A stretch of DNA of 64,000 nt from positions 134,111 to 198,110 of the forward strand of contig JBAZZB010000001.1 of the NCBI GenBank assembly GCA_041659045.1, read 5' to 3'. Source of the DNA: Patescibacteria group bacterium (lineage in GTDB: Bacteria > Patescibacteriota > Patescibacteriia > SG8-24 > DYFX01). The notes below the pieces were generated by a model. That model made no database searches. It was not told the origin of the DNA and saw only the letters and a program-made list of their open reading frames with translations. Position numbers and translations under genes: made by a program. Positions 36,167-46,687 of this stretch are shown piece by piece; the stretch's first letter is position 1; each line of letters begins with the position of its first letter.

Positions 36167-37521
36167 AATTGCATTTCTTCGGTGCCGCTCAGGAAGTGAC
36201 GGGTACGTGCTACTTGTTGGAGTCGGGGAGTCATAAAGTGCTCGTCGATTGCGGAATTTTTCAGGGCGGCGACGGCGACAGCAAGCGGAACCACTTGCCG
36301 TTCCCGTTCGAACCGGACGCGATCGACGCGATCTTTTTGACGCATCCGCACATGGACCACGTTGGTCGCGTGCCTCTGCTTGTGAAGCGCGGCTACCGTG
36401 GGCCTATTTTTACAACGTTCCCGACAGCCGATCTCACCAAGTTGCTGTGGAAGGACATGTTGTCCGTCATGCAAGACGCGGAAAAGCGTGAACATGTGCC
36501 GCCTCTCTACGACGAAGATGACGTGGCCAAAGCGGAAGCGCGGCTCATGCCGGTTGAATACGAGACGCTGGCGGAAATTTGCGCGGGAGCGATTAAGGCG
36601 ACCTTCCACGACGCCGGTCACGTCCTTGGTTCGGCGTTTATCGAGTTTAACGTCGAGAATCGAACGGTCGTTTTTTCTGGAGACCTTGGCAACGATGACG
36701 TGCCGATTTTGCGTCCGACGGCGTCTCTGCCCGCTTGCGACGTGCTTGTGATCGAGTCGACCTACGGAGATCGTTTGCACGAAGACTTGCAGACACGCCA
36801 AACGATTTTGCGTGACCTCGTGAAAGAGACGATCGAAAAAAAGGGCGTGCTCATGATCCCGACCTTCGCGATCGAGCGCACGCAGGAAATCATGCTGACG
36901 CTGCATCGTCTTGCGGAGAACGGGGAAATTCCGCGCGTGCCGATTTTCCTCGACAGTCCGCTGGCCATCAACGCCACGCATGTGTATGAAGAGTACGGCC
37001 GGTATTTCAACGAGAATGCCAAAAAGGAGATGATGTCTGGTCACGAGTTATTTGAGTTGCCAGGTTTTGTCGCCACCAAGACGCCGGACATGTCGAAAAA
37101 AATTAATGATGTCGTGCCGCCGAAAGTGATCCTGGCGGGATCCGGCATGATGACGGGTGGACGCATCTTGCATCATCTCGTCCGTTACTTGCCTGACCCG
37201 AATTCAACCTTGATGATCGTCGGGTATCAGGCGCACGGGACGGTTGGACGCCGATTGTATGAAGGCGCAAAAACCGTGCGCATCCACGGTCACGATGTTC
37301 ACGTCAACGCGACCGTGACCTCCGTTGGTGCCTGGAGCGCGCACGCCGACCAAGCAAAACTCCTGCGTTGGATCCAGAGTGCACCGAAGAAGCCGGAGGT
37401 CGTTCTCGTGACGCACGGCGAACAAAACGCGTCGGAAACACTCGAGCGAAAACTGAAGCGGGACCTGAACATCGATGCCTATGTTCCGGCTCCAGGCCAG
37501 ATGTTCAACCTACATACATAA
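36163..37521 (+). CDS. MBL-fold beta-CASP ribonuclease
   Basis: GAAQEVTG, THPHMDH, AGHVLG, ESTYG, SAHAD, HGE. Confidence 0.93.
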   Translation: MKLHFFGAAQEVTGTCYLLESGSHKVLVDCGIFQGGDGDSKRNHLPFPFEPDAIDAIFLTHPHMDHVGRVPLLVKRGYRGPIFTTFPTADLTKLLWKDMLSVMQDAEKREHVPPLYDEDDVAKAEARLMPVEYETLAEICAGAIKATFHDAGHVLGSAFIEFNVENRTVVFSGDLGNDDVPILRPTASLPACDVLVIESTYGDRLHEDLQTRQTILRDLVKETIEKKGVLMIPTFAIERTQEIMLTLHRLAENGEIPRVPIFLDSPLAINATHVYEEYGRYFNENAKKEMMSGHELFELPGFVATKTPDMSKKINDVVPPKVILAGSGMMTGGRILHHLVRYLPDPNSTLMIVGYQAHGTVGRRLYEGAKTVRIHGHDVHVNATVTSVGAWSAHADQAKLLRWIQSAPKKPEVVLVTHGEQNASETLERKLKRDLNIDAYVPAPGQMFNLHT

Positions 37522-37530
37522 GAGGAAGTA

Positions 37531-37559
37531 CAAAAATAGCCTAAAATAGGCTATTTTTG
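37531..37559 (+). terminator. Intrinsic terminator
   Basis: CAAAAATAGCCT-AAAAT-AGGCTATTTTTG. Confidence 0.8.
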
Positions 37560-37591
37560 CTAATATAAGCCATTTATATTGTTATTTAGTA

Positions 37592-37620
37592 TTGACAAAA
37601 CTGTCTAAATATGCTAGACT
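37592..37620 (+). promoter_or_regulatory. Strong sigma70-type promoter of the orphan operon
   Basis: TTGACA-17-TAGACT with TG extension and AT-rich upstream region. Confidence 0.8.
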
Positions 37621-37670
37621 GCTTGCATCGTAGGACTGACAGTTCACCCCGCAATTCTGGAGGATTTCTC

Positions 37671-37982
37671 ATGAAGCCCCTGCTCATTTCGCTCATCATC
37701 GCCCTCGGCCTCTTCGCCACCACCTCGACCGCTTCGGCCGACCGCACCTTCGAGGTGAAGGACGACGTGGTGAAGCTGGTCATCAAGAAGGCGAAGTTCG
37801 TCTTCGCCAAGCCCACCACCACCCTCATCAAGACCTGTGTCGACGACGCCCGCTACGAGTGCGTCTACAAGCTGGTCGGCAAGAACCGGCGCCAGAAGGA
37901 GATCAAGATCTACGAGTACCGCGCGGACGACTACGTCTTCCCGATCTACATCACCGAGCACAAGCTCGCCTCCACCAACTGA
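37671..37982 (+). CDS. Small basic secreted protein
   Basis: Signal peptide ending ASA, two Cys, GGAGGA SD, C-ending codon bias. Confidence 0.8.
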   Translation: MKPLLISLIIALGLFATTSTASADRTFEVKDDVVKLVIKKAKFVFAKPTTTLIKTCVDDARYECVYKLVGKNRRQKEIKIYEYRADDYVFPIYITEHKLASTN

Positions 37983-38008
37983 TCGCGTCGCGATCACTCA
38001 GCTCAGCG

Positions 38009-38080
38009 CGTCGAGCCTCCGCTCGACGTCTCTGCCAAAGCTTCCGAGTCTCTCGGAATCTCCGGCAGGGAAACGTTCCC
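38009..38080. repeat. Structured intergenic repeat, family C copy 1
   Basis: Hairpin 38009-38028 plus 49-nt core 38032-38080; 39/49 identical to copy 2. Confidence 0.85.
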
Positions 38081-38116
38081 AACGAGACACCACCACATAC
38101 CACAGCGAGGTTACCC

Positions 38117-38452
38117 GTGCCCGAGTTCAAGCTCTACATCATTGCCGACGCGTGCGCGCCCGCCGCCCTCATGTTCGGACCGTTCAACTCTCCCGAGGCG
38201 GCCGACGCCTGGCTCGAGGAGCTCAAGGGTCGGCTGCCCGCCAACGAGTGGCACCACAAGGTGCAGACGATCAAGGGGTCGTACCTCCCCAACGCGCTCG
38301 TCTACAGGCGCTTCCAGAACATCGCCACCAAGCAGTGGTTCACGGTCCACCTCGTCGAGGTCGACAAGGACGCCGCGGTGGCCAGCACGTTCGAAGCCGC
38401 GCAGGACCTCGCCACGGTGCTCTTGCACCTGAACCTCAAGTCCGCCACCTAG
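38117..38452 (+). CDS. Hypothetical protein
   Basis: GTG start after GAGG; same codon bias as neighbours. Confidence 0.7.
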   Translation: MPEFKLYIIADACAPAALMFGPFNSPEAADAWLEELKGRLPANEWHHKVQTIKGSYLPNALVYRRFQNIATKQWFTVHLVEVDKDAAVASTFEAAQDLATVLLHLNLKSAT

Positions 38453-38470
38453 TCTCACCCCTCAGTCTTC

Positions 38471-38545
38471 GCAGGACGCCCGCCCCCGTCCTGCTCCCGC
38501 CAAAGCTTCCGATAGAATCGGAATCTCCGGCGGGAAAATCTTCCC
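38471..38545. repeat. Structured intergenic repeat, family C copy 2
   Basis: Hairpin 38471-38494 plus core 38497-38545 with compensatory changes. Confidence 0.85.
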
Positions 38546-38600
38546 GCCTGTTTCTGTTCATGGGCGATCGTGCCCAACAACCCCGGCCAAGGAGGCCACC

Positions 38601-39077
38601 ATGCACCGTCCCGATTTGATGCTGAGCCGCGAAGTGCTGCGCCCGCGACCTGCTCCGACGTTCCCGCGCCGCAAGCTCGGATTCATTCCGATCAGCTTGA
38701 TCGTTGCGGGTGTCGTCGCGATCACGGTCGCAGTCATGGGCATGATGCACGATCGTTCGATGCGCCAGCCTTCCGTGGCCGGTCTGTCGGTCCCGGCTCC
38801 GTCGGCGCCGTTCGCCTGCACGCTCGAGGATCGCGAGATCCAGAACCTCGTCTACGAGCTCTCCATGCACGGCTGGATCCAGCCGTTCGAAGTCGAGGGG
38901 GTCTCGTGCGATCCGTTCAGCCAGACCTCGCCGAAGGTGCGTTTCACCATCGTCGAGCGTCCGGTGGACGAGCTCTGGATCTACTACACGACCGAGCATC
39001 GCTATCCGTGCAAGCCGCCCAAGGAGTCGTGGCTGCGCGGAGATCCGAGCGCCTGGAAGTACTGCTACAAGCGGTGA
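38601..39077 (+). CDS. Membrane-anchored Cys-containing hypothetical protein
   Basis: AAGGAGG SD, one TM, four Cys. Confidence 0.7.
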   Translation: MHRPDLMLSREVLRPRPAPTFPRRKLGFIPISLIVAGVVAITVAVMGMMHDRSMRQPSVAGLSVPAPSAPFACTLEDREIQNLVYELSMHGWIQPFEVEGVSCDPFSQTSPKVRFTIVERPVDELWIYYTTEHRYPCKPPKESWLRGDPSAWKYCYKR

Positions 39078-39079
39078 CC

Positions 39080-39190
39080 ATGTTCGAAGTTCTGTTCCTT
39101 CTCGCTCTGGTCGTCGCGCTCCTCACGGACGTGACGCCAGAAACCAAGATCGTCGCGCCCGCGCCGCCCGACGACCTCAACCTCAACTGA
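39080..39190 (+). CDS. 36-aa hydrophobic peptide
   Basis: MFEVLFLLALVVALLTDV..., starts 2 nt after the upstream stop. Confidence 0.45.
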   Translation: MFEVLFLLALVVALLTDVTPETKIVAPAPPDDLNLN

Positions 39191-39295
39191 CCGCACCTAT
39201 CCGGTCATAAAAATGATAGGGTTCTCTCTGAGCGTTCGAGTGATCGAACATTCGGATCGGAATTCCGTCCGCTCCAGACGTTTTTAGGAGGTCCC

Positions 39296-39526
39296 ATGCG
39301 CTTCTGGTCCGCCTTGTCTCTGTTCATCCTCAGTCTTGTTGCCATCGTCCACGGCTACCGCGTCCAGGAGGATGGGTACTTCGTGAGCGGCTTCATCGCT
39401 TTGTTGGTGAGTGTTCTCGCCATGGTCTATTACACCTGGGTGTACACCATCGAGACGCTCAGCGAGGAAGTCGCCAAGACCATCGCCAAGGAGAAAAGGA
39501 ACATCAGGAGCCATCATGGCCCCTGA
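39296..39526 (+). CDS. Small two-TM protein
   Basis: AGGAGG SD, two hydrophobic helices. Confidence 0.7.
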   Translation: MRFWSALSLFILSLVAIVHGYRVQEDGYFVSGFIALLVSVLAMVYYTWVYTIETLSEEVAKTIAKEKRNIRSHHGP

Positions 39527-39564
39527 GCAAGATCAATCATGGTTCGTCGAGGACAACCATGCAC

Positions 39565-39591
39565 AACCCGTCGGTTCTCACGGCGGGTTTT
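39565..39591 (+). terminator. Intrinsic terminator closing the orphan operon
   Basis: AACCCGTCG-GTTCTCA-CGGCGGGTTTT. Confidence 0.75.
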
Positions 39592-39681
39592 ATCGTTCCC
39601 TAATATTCTTGACATGTGAGCTTTTCCTTGGTAGCCTCAACCTCGTCTTTGGACAGCCCGTTTTACGGGTAGGAGGACATC

Positions 39682-40830
39682 ATGCGTACCCAGCTCGCTC
39701 TGCTCGTTTCCTTGGTTTTCGTGGTCTGCACCGGCGCTTGCGCCGGTCGTCAGCGCCCCCAGTCGGGCCTGCGTTCCGAGCTGCATCAGCCGCTGGCCGC
39801 TCCCGACCCCAAGGTCCAGAGCGTCCCCATCGATACGGAGATCGTCGTGCCCGAAGCACCGCACGCCGCCGCCTCGGTCGCGGCAGTCGCCGTCCCCAAG
39901 AAGATCGTGCCGAAGCGCATCAAGCGCGTCCGTTCCGCTCAGGAACAGATCAACTTCGATGTGCGGCAGATCATCAACGCGAACAACGCCTGGCTCCGCG
40001 CCGTGGGCGAGCGAGTGTACGGGACGCGTGTCCCGCCATCGCTGCCCATGAACGACGAGCTCGTCGCTGCTCTGCGCATCGAACCCAACACCGTCGAACG
40101 TCCGCGACGGTACGTCGCGAAGGCACCGCGCGCTTCCGTGAAGCACGCCAAGCCCCCGATCCCGTCCGTGACGCACGTCGTCTACAGCGCCGCGCGAACG
40201 CGCTCGTTGACACCGCTACCACCAAAGGTGCAAGAACGCGCAAACGTTGCCGCTCTTGCCGCCCTGGAATCGCCTGATCCCACGACGCTCGGCGTCGTGA
40301 GTTCCGCCCCGCCCGCTACTACGGAAGCCACATCTTCCGTCGTGCACATGTCCAACATGTCCGCGCGACGTTCCGATGTCGCGCTCACCGATCCCAAATC
40401 CTCTTCGATCGACGTGGTCGATCGCCCGCACCTGTTCGAACCGAGCGCTTCCGTAAGCGCTTCCAGTCCGTTCTACCAGCTCTACCTCCCGGCGATCATC
40501 TTCGCGGTGATCCTCGGTCCGCTCCTTGGTTACATCCTTTCGCGCCGTCCAACGCGCGTTTCGTCGTTCGATGATGACGTCGTTCGCGACGCCACCAGCA
40601 CAGTCGTTACCGACCCTGCTCCGACCCACGTACTCGCCCTTGCGCACGTCGTACCTCACTCCGCCCCGACCCAGGAGGCCAGGCCTCCTCACCAGTTCCC
40701 GGAAGGTTCCGGACAGATCATCCGTTCGGAAGACCTCAACACCGGTCAGATCGCTGCCGGTGAGATCGAGGACAAGAACCTCGACGCGCCTACCCAGGCG
40801 CCACCCACGAACACCATCTACTTGAACTGA
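39682..40830 (+). CDS. Pro/Ala-rich exported protein with internal TM helix
   Basis: TTGACA-17-TAGCCT promoter, AGGAGG SD, signal/lipobox-like N-terminus. Confidence 0.65.
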   Translation: MRTQLALLVSLVFVVCTGACAGRQRPQSGLRSELHQPLAAPDPKVQSVPIDTEIVVPEAPHAAASVAAVAVPKKIVPKRIKRVRSAQEQINFDVRQIINANNAWLRAVGERVYGTRVPPSLPMNDELVAALRIEPNTVERPRRYVAKAPRASVKHAKPPIPSVTHVVYSAARTRSLTPLPPKVQERANVAALAALESPDPTTLGVVSSAPPATTEATSSVVHMSNMSARRSDVALTDPKSSSIDVVDRPHLFEPSASVSASSPFYQLYLPAIIFAVILGPLLGYILSRRPTRVSSFDDDVVRDATSTVVTDPAPTHVLALAHVVPHSAPTQEARPPHQFPEGSGQIIRSEDLNTGQIAAGEIEDKNLDAPTQAPPTNTIYLN

Positions 40831-40981
40831 CGTGGTCAGTTCCGCGCAACTTCATCGGCCCCTCCTCGCGAGGCGGCCGTTTTTTATCTCTTTTTTTGAC
40901 ACGTTCGCCATCTCATTCTCTAAGCTGCTATTGTTGACAAGACCCTTTAGAAGCGGTATTTTGCGTTCTTATTGATCCGTC

Positions 40982-43024
40982 ATGAACTTCAAGCTCAAAG
41001 CACCCTATTCGCCAGCCGGAGATCAGCCGCAAGCTATTGAAAAGCTCGTGGCCGGTTTGAAGTCGGGCCAGGAGATGCAGACGCTTCTTGGTGTGACGGG
41101 TTCAGGAAAAACGTACACCGTCGCCAACGTTATTCAGGAAATGCAGAAGCCAACCTTGGTGATCGCGCATAACAAGACGTTGGCCGCGCAGTTGTGCAAC
41201 GAGTTCCGCGAGTTCTTCCCGGAGAACGCTGTTGAGTACTTCGTGTCGTATTACGACTACTACCAGCCGGAAGCTTACGTGCCGTCGAGCGACACCTATA
41301 TCGAGAAGGAATCGATGATCAACGAAGAGATCGATCGACTTCGACACGCTTCGACGCAGGCACTTCTGACGCGCAAGGACGTCATCATCGTTGCTTCGGT
41401 TTCCTGCATCTACGGCTTGGGTGCGCCGGAACAATATGAAAAAACCGTGCTTCATTTCAAAACAGGGGAGCGCATCACGCGCGAAGGCGTTTTGACGCGT
41501 TTTATCGAGATGCAGTTCGAGCGCACGACCGCCGATCTGACGCGTGGCCATTTCCGCGTGCGCGGTGAAACGGTCGAGGTCATGCCGGCGAACGAAGAGA
41601 TGATCTATCGCATCGAGACGGGCATGGGCGAGATCACGGGCATCTATAAAATCGATCCGCTGACGCGTAAGCGTGCCGAGCGTGTCGAAGATGTTTGGAT
41701 TTTCCCAGCCAAGCACTTCATTACGAATGCTGAAGATCGGACACGTGCCTTGGCACAGATGGAAATTGAAATGAAGGCACAGCTCGAGAAGTTCCGCAAA
41801 GAAGGAAAGCTGCTCGAAGCAGAGCGTCTTGAACGCCGTACGCGGTTCGATATGGCGATGATGCGCGAAGTCGGCTACTGCCACGGCATCGAGAACTATT
41901 CGCAGATTCTTTCCGGACGTCCGCCGGGTGCTCCGCCGGATACGCTCATGTCGTATTTCCCGAAAGATTTCTTGATGGTCATCGATGAATCGCATGTCAC
42001 GATTCCGCAGATCGGAGGCATGTCGGCGGGGGACGCGGCGCGCAAGAAGACGCTTATTGAATACGGTTTCCGTTTGCCGAGCGCTGCCGATAACCGCCCG
42101 CTTGCCTGGGCGGAATTTGAATCGCGCATGCCGCAAGCCTTGTTTGTTTCGGCGACGCCTGGGAAATACGAATACGCAAACAGTGACCAGATCGTCGAGC
42201 AAATCATTCGCCCGACGGGTCTTGTCGATCCTGAAGTCATTGTGAAACCGGTTACGGAAGACCTGAACACTGGTTACAAAGGCCAGGTTGAAGATTTGAT
42301 TGAGCGCATCAAGGGCCGTATTGAAAAAGACGAGCGCGTCATGGCGACGACGCTCACGAAAAAAATGGCCGAGGATCTTACGACGTATCTCGAGACGCTC
42401 AAGATCAAAGTGAAATACATTCATTCCGACGTCGAGACGCTTGATCGCATCCAGATTCTCCACGAGTTTCGTCGTGGCGTGTTCGACGTCTTAATCGGCG
42501 TGAACTTGCTGCGTGAAGGTCTCGACTTACCGGAAGTTTCGCTCGTCGCAATTCTCGATGCCGACAAGGAGGGTTTCCTCCGTTCTGAAACGTCGCTGAT
42601 TCAAACAATCGGCCGCGCCGCGCGTAACGTCGGTGGCCAAGTCGTGCTGTATGCCGACGGCGATACCGGTTCGCTCACGCGCGCGATCAGAGAAACCAAT
42701 CGCCGCCGTGAACGGCAGATGGCGTACAACAAGGAGCACAACATTACGCCGAAGACGGTGAAGAAAGCGATCACGTCGATGTTCACCGAGATTGAGAAGT
42801 CTCGCGAGAAGGCCGCTAAGCGTAACCTCGAACTGGAAGCCAAGGCTGAGAAACGCCCGCTCGAAGCCGTGTTGAAGGAAAAAGAACTGCAGATGCGTGA
42901 CGCCGCCAAATCGCTCGAGTTCGAACTCGCGGCGCTCCTGCGCGATGAAATTCGCGAGCTCAAGAAGAAGCAGGCCGAAGCGGAGGCGAAGCCGAAGACC
43001 GCCAAACCGCGCCGCGGGCGCTAA
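40982..43024 (+). CDS. uvrB: Excinuclease ABC subunit B
   Basis: [30 protein letters not shown]. Confidence 0.98.
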   Translation: MNFKLKAPYSPAGDQPQAIEKLVAGLKSGQEMQTLLGVTGSGKTYTVANVIQEMQKPTLVIAHNKTLAAQLCNEFREFFPENAVEYFVSYYDYYQPEAYVPSSDTYIEKESMINEEIDRLRHASTQALLTRKDVIIVASVSCIYGLGAPEQYEKTVLHFKTGERITREGVLTRFIEMQFERTTADLTRGHFRVRGETVEVMPANEEMIYRIETGMGEITGIYKIDPLTRKRAERVEDVWIFPAKHFITNAEDRTRALAQMEIEMKAQLEKFRKEGKLLEAERLERRTRFDMAMMREVGYCHGIENYSQILSGRPPGAPPDTLMSYFPKDFLMVIDESHVTIPQIGGMSAGDAARKKTLIEYGFRLPSAADNRPLAWAEFESRMPQALFVSATPGKYEYANSDQIVEQIIRPTGLVDPEVIVKPVTEDLNTGYKGQVEDLIERIKGRIEKDERVMATTLTKKMAEDLTTYLETLKIKVKYIHSDVETLDRIQILHEFRRGVFDVLIGVNLLREGLDLPEVSLVAILDADKEGFLRSETSLIQTIGRAARNVGGQVVLYADGDTGSLTRAIRETNRRRERQMAYNKEHNITPKTVKKAITSMFTEIEKSREKAAKRNLELEAKAEKRPLEAVLKEKELQMRDAAKSLEFELAALLRDEIRELKKKQAEAEAKPKTAKPRRGR

Positions 43025-43035
43025 CCCCACCGACT

Positions 43036-45624
43036 ATGCAAGAACACATCGTCATCAAAGGCGCGCGCGAGCACAACTTGAAAAACGTTGATCTCACGCT
43101 GCCGCGCAACAAAATGATCGTCCTGACGGGCGTCTCCGGTTCGGGGAAGTCGAGTTTGGCGTTCGATACGATCTTCGCTGAAGGCCAGCGCCGCTATGTT
43201 GAGTCGCTTTCGGCGTATGCGCGCCAATTTCTCGGACAGATGCAGAAACCGGACGTCGACGAAATCGAAGGTTTGTCGCCGGCGATCGCCATCGATCAGA
43301 AAGCCCACTCTTCGAACCCGCGCTCGACGGTTGCGACCATCACCGAAATTTACGACTATTTGCGCGTCCTGTACGCCCGCGTCGGGCGTCCGCATTGTGT
43401 TACCTGCAAAAAAGAAATCCGCAAGCTGACACCTGAAGAAATCGTGGACACGGCCGTTGAACGCACGAAGGCGATTCATTCCGAGCAGGTTGCCGAGAAC
43501 AAATCGATCAGCGGCAAAGAGTCGCTCTTGAAGAAAAAGAAAATTCATTACGATCACCTTAAAGTGCTGGCGCCGATCGTGCGCGGACGCAAGGGCGAGT
43601 ATCTGCAGCTGCTGAACGATCTTTATACCGCGGGTTTTGCCGAGGTGCGCGTCGACGGCAAGTGGAAGAATTTGCGTGAACGTATTTCGATGGCGCGTCA
43701 CGGTACGCACACGATCGAACTCCTCGTCGACCGCGTGCCGCTCGGTTGGCCGCTCGAAAACAATAAGGGCTTCCGCAGCCAGCTGGCGGAAGCCGTCGAA
43801 CAAGCGCTCGATCGCGCGAATGGTGTTGTGACGTTCGTGTATTCCGACGGTTCGGAGCACGTGATGTCATCGGAATACGCCTGCCCCGACGATGGTTTTT
43901 CGTTCCCGGAAGTTGAACCGCGTCTCTTCTCTTTCAACAGCCCATACGGCGCCTGCCCGACCTGCCATGGTCTCGGGACCGAATCCGTTTGGAGCGAAAA
44001 GGCTTGCCCAGAGTGTGACGGCGCGCGTCTTCGCAAAGAAGCGCTGCACGTTTGGCTCGGTGGTAAAAAGAGTATTCTTGACGTCACCTCGCTTTCGATT
44101 GACGAAGCGGCGGCGTTTTTCAACGGTCTCAAGCTTAACGACACGGAAAAAGAAATCTCGCTGTCCGTGCTGAAAGAAATCACCTCGCGCCTGCAATTCA
44201 TGCTGGACGTTGGCTTGAACTATCTGACGCTCTCGCGCAAAGCCGGTACGCTCTCGGGCGGTGAAGCGCAGCGCATTCGTTTGGCGTCACAGATCGGTTC
44301 AAAACTCGTCGGCGCTCTCTATGTGCTCGATGAACCGACGATCGGCTTGCACCAGCGCGATAACGCAAAGTTGCTCGAAACGCTGACGCACCTGCGCGAT
44401 CTCGGCAATACGATTATTGTCGTCGAACACGATGAGGACACGATTTTTACCGCCGATCATCTTGTCGACTTCGGTCCAGCCGCCGGCAAGCACGGTGGTC
44501 GCGTCGTGGCGCAAGGTTCGATGCCGGACGTTCTGATCAAAGGCCCGCACAATAAAGACTCGTTGACCGTCAAATATTTGAACGGCGACTTGAAGATCGC
44601 CGTACCGCGGAATCGCCGCACGAAGGACAAAGGCTCGATCCGCATCAAAGGCGCGTCCGAGAACAACTTGAAGAATATCGACGTCGAGATTCCGCTCGGC
44701 AAGTTCGTTTGTCTCACGGGTGTTTCCGGCTCCGGAAAATCGACGTTGATGGAAGATGTTCTTTGGAAGTCGCTCTCCAACAAGCTCAACGGTACGAGCT
44801 ATAAGCCGGGCAAGCACAAACAAATCCTCGGCCTCGAGCACCTCGATAAGGTTATCGTCATCGATCAATCGCCAATCGGCCGCACACCGCGTTCGAACCC
44901 CGCGACCTACACGGGGTCTTGGACGTACATCCGCGAGCTTTTTGCGTCGACCGCCGAGGCGCGCATGCGCGGCTACAAAATCGGACGCTTCTCGTTTAAC
45001 CGCCCAGGCGGACGCTGCGAGAACTGCGAAGGCAACGGCCAAATCGCGATTGAGATGCATTTCTTGCCGACGGTCTATGTTCAATGCGACGTCTGCAAAG
45101 GCCGCCGCTTCGACCGCGAAACGCTCGAAGTGAAGTACAAAGACAAGTCGATTTACGACATCTTGAAAATGACCGTCGAGGACTCGTGCGAATTCTTCCG
45201 CGACGTTCCGTGGATCTACGACAAATTGAAGTTGCTCAAAGAAGTCGGCTTGACGTATCTCGAACTCGGTCAGAGTGCGACGTCGCTCTCCGGTGGCGAA
45301 GCGCAGCGCGTGAAGCTTGCCTCCGAACTCTCCAAGCGCCAGACGGGACGCACGATCTATCTGCTCGATGAACCGACGACAGGTCTTCACTTTGCCGACA
45401 TCGATAAGCTGCTTGAAGTGTTGCATCGCCTCGTGAACTACGGCAACACGGTTTTGGTGATCGAACATAACCTCGACGTCATTAAGACGGCTGATCATGT
45501 GATCGACCTTGGACCCGAAGGAGGGGATCGTGGCGGTGAGGTTGTCGCGAGCGGCACTCCGGAGGAAGTCGTGCGCAGTGCGAAGTCGTTGACTGGAAAA
45601 TACTTGCGGAAGTACCTGAAATAA
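43036..45624 (+). CDS. uvrA: Excinuclease ABC subunit A
   Basis: GAREHNLKN, two GVSGSGKS, two LSGGEAQR, Zn fingers. Confidence 0.98.
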   Translation: MQEHIVIKGAREHNLKNVDLTLPRNKMIVLTGVSGSGKSSLAFDTIFAEGQRRYVESLSAYARQFLGQMQKPDVDEIEGLSPAIAIDQKAHSSNPRSTVATITEIYDYLRVLYARVGRPHCVTCKKEIRKLTPEEIVDTAVERTKAIHSEQVAENKSISGKESLLKKKKIHYDHLKVLAPIVRGRKGEYLQLLNDLYTAGFAEVRVDGKWKNLRERISMARHGTHTIELLVDRVPLGWPLENNKGFRSQLAEAVEQALDRANGVVTFVYSDGSEHVMSSEYACPDDGFSFPEVEPRLFSFNSPYGACPTCHGLGTESVWSEKACPECDGARLRKEALHVWLGGKKSILDVTSLSIDEAAAFFNGLKLNDTEKEISLSVLKEITSRLQFMLDVGLNYLTLSRKAGTLSGGEAQRIRLASQIGSKLVGALYVLDEPTIGLHQRDNAKLLETLTHLRDLGNTIIVVEHDEDTIFTADHLVDFGPAAGKHGGRVVAQGSMPDVLIKGPHNKDSLTVKYLNGDLKIAVPRNRRTKDKGSIRIKGASENNLKNIDVEIPLGKFVCLTGVSGSGKSTLMEDVLWKSLSNKLNGTSYKPGKHKQILGLEHLDKVIVIDQSPIGRTPRSNPATYTGSWTYIRELFASTAEARMRGYKIGRFSFNRPGGRCENCEGNGQIAIEMHFLPTVYVQCDVCKGRRFDRETLEVKYKDKSIYDILKMTVEDSCEFFRDVPWIYDKLKLLKEVGLTYLELGQSATSLSGGEAQRVKLASELSKRQTGRTIYLLDEPTTGLHFADIDKLLEVLHRLVNYGNTVLVIEHNLDVIKTADHVIDLGPEGGDRGGEVVASGTPEEVVRSAKSLTGKYLRKYLK

Positions 45625-45640
45625 AAATCCGCGACCGAAG

Positions 45641-46171
45641 TCACGGATGCGAAGCGAGATGTGGTGGGGTCACGAGCAGAGCTTGTTCGACCCGCGGGTC
45701 GGCGTGGAGGCTCACAATGGTGGCAAGCCGGATTGGAGCAAGGTTCAGCTCCTCCGCGGCTTGCAGGAACTCCGGTAGGAATGATCCGTCGCGGATCGTC
45801 TTTACGGAGAAGCGCGGGTGCGGGTGGCTAACGACGCGGCCATCGTGCACGACTTCGTAGGAGATCTCGACGAGCGCGTATGGCCATGTTCCGTAATAGC
45901 CGTCGTTCTGTCCGATCTCCTTGAGCATGGACGGCTTGTCGACTGGTCCACCCTGCGTACCATCGGAATAGTGGAGACGGGTGAAGATCGCCGCGTCCCT
46001 GCGACAGAGATCGTTGATCCAGATGCTGCGCAGGATGACCGGTCCGAGACTGACCGCGTGCTGGCAGTCAGGCGTGTGGCACCGCTCGTCATCGCGCATG
46101 TGGAAACGATCGCCGATGCTCTCCGGGATCGTGCGTGAAGGAAGCTTTGTCACGGGACACCTCTTGGTCAT
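45641..46171 (-). CDS. Hypothetical protein
   Basis: ORF with TTGACA-17-TAGAAC upstream. Confidence 0.55.
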   Translation of the reverse strand: MTKRCPVTKLPSRTIPESIGDRFHMRDDERCHTPDCQHAVSLGPVILRSIWINDLCRRDAAIFTRLHYSDGTQGGPVDKPSMLKEIGQNDGYYGTWPYALVEISYEVVHDGRVVSHPHPRFSVKTIRDGSFLPEFLQAAEELNLAPIRLATIVSLHADPRVEQALLVTPPHLASHP

Positions 46172-46240
46172 TCGTTGTCCGTGTTCTAGCAGATGGAGAC
46201 GTTCGTGTCAATAAAAAAAAGCGCCGAACGAGGTCGGACG

Positions 46241-46606
46241 CTAGTTGGGCAGATGCATGTGCGTGACGATGCGCTCGACGATGAACTTCTGCGAGACGCG
46301 CAGACGCTTGGCCAAGTGCCGGAGGCTCTCGGGGCGCTTGCCGTCGATCAGTGCCTGCACGTCGTAGACGTAGTGCATCCAGTGAATGTGCTTGCGCGGC
46401 TTGTAGACCGCCACCTCCACGTAGAGGTGCTTGTCGCCGCCGTAGCCGTAGTCGAGGTTCACCATGCGACCCCTGGGTCGTCCGCAGTCGGCCCCGATGT
46501 CGACGGACTTGATCACGACGGGGTGCTTCATCGGTCCTTGGAGCCGCGTGTCCTGACAGGTGAAGTACTTCTCGTCAGCCTTTCCCGTTGCTTGTTCGAT
46601 CTGCAC
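46241..46606 (-). CDS. Hypothetical basic protein
   Basis: GTG start with GGAGGA SD. Confidence 0.6.
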   Translation of the reverse strand: MQIEQATGKADEKYFTCQDTRLQGPMKHPVVIKSVDIGADCGRPRGRMVNLDYGYGGDKHLYVEVAVYKPRKHIHWMHYVYDVQALIDGKRPESLRHLAKRLRVSQKFIVERIVTHMHLPN

Positions 46607-46687
46607 GTTGTTCCTCCGTCTTGGTGATGAGCTTGAATTTTCTACCACACAAAAGTCGTTTCGTCAAGACCGTGTTATCATTTTTCC

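Noticed and set aside
37560-37591. dif/Xer site or replication origin in the AT-rich stretch
   Set aside because: No convincing XerD arm or DnaA boxes; better explained as an UP element
38032-38080. c-di-GMP-I riboswitch (GCAAAGC-like motif)
   Set aside because: Lacks the GGCAAAC...GAAA-tetraloop P2 and the tetraloop receptor architecture
38009-38545. Classical integron attC sites
   Set aside because: No correctly placed RYYYAAC/GTTRRRY ends and no integrase in the window; kept as an unknown repeat
39411-40277. 288-aa ORF in the orphan region
   Set aside because: Crosses a terminator and promoter and overlaps better-supported SD-led ORFs
37977-40830. Several orphan ORFs ending in AAC-TGA
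   Set aside because: Also seen at other gene ends in the window (15828, 26025); too short to separate from codon bias
41102-45498. Long antisense ORFs over uvrB/uvrA (similar ones over ftsE, nrdD, GGDEF)
   Set aside because: Shadow frames of well-conserved GC-rich genes with no protein motifs
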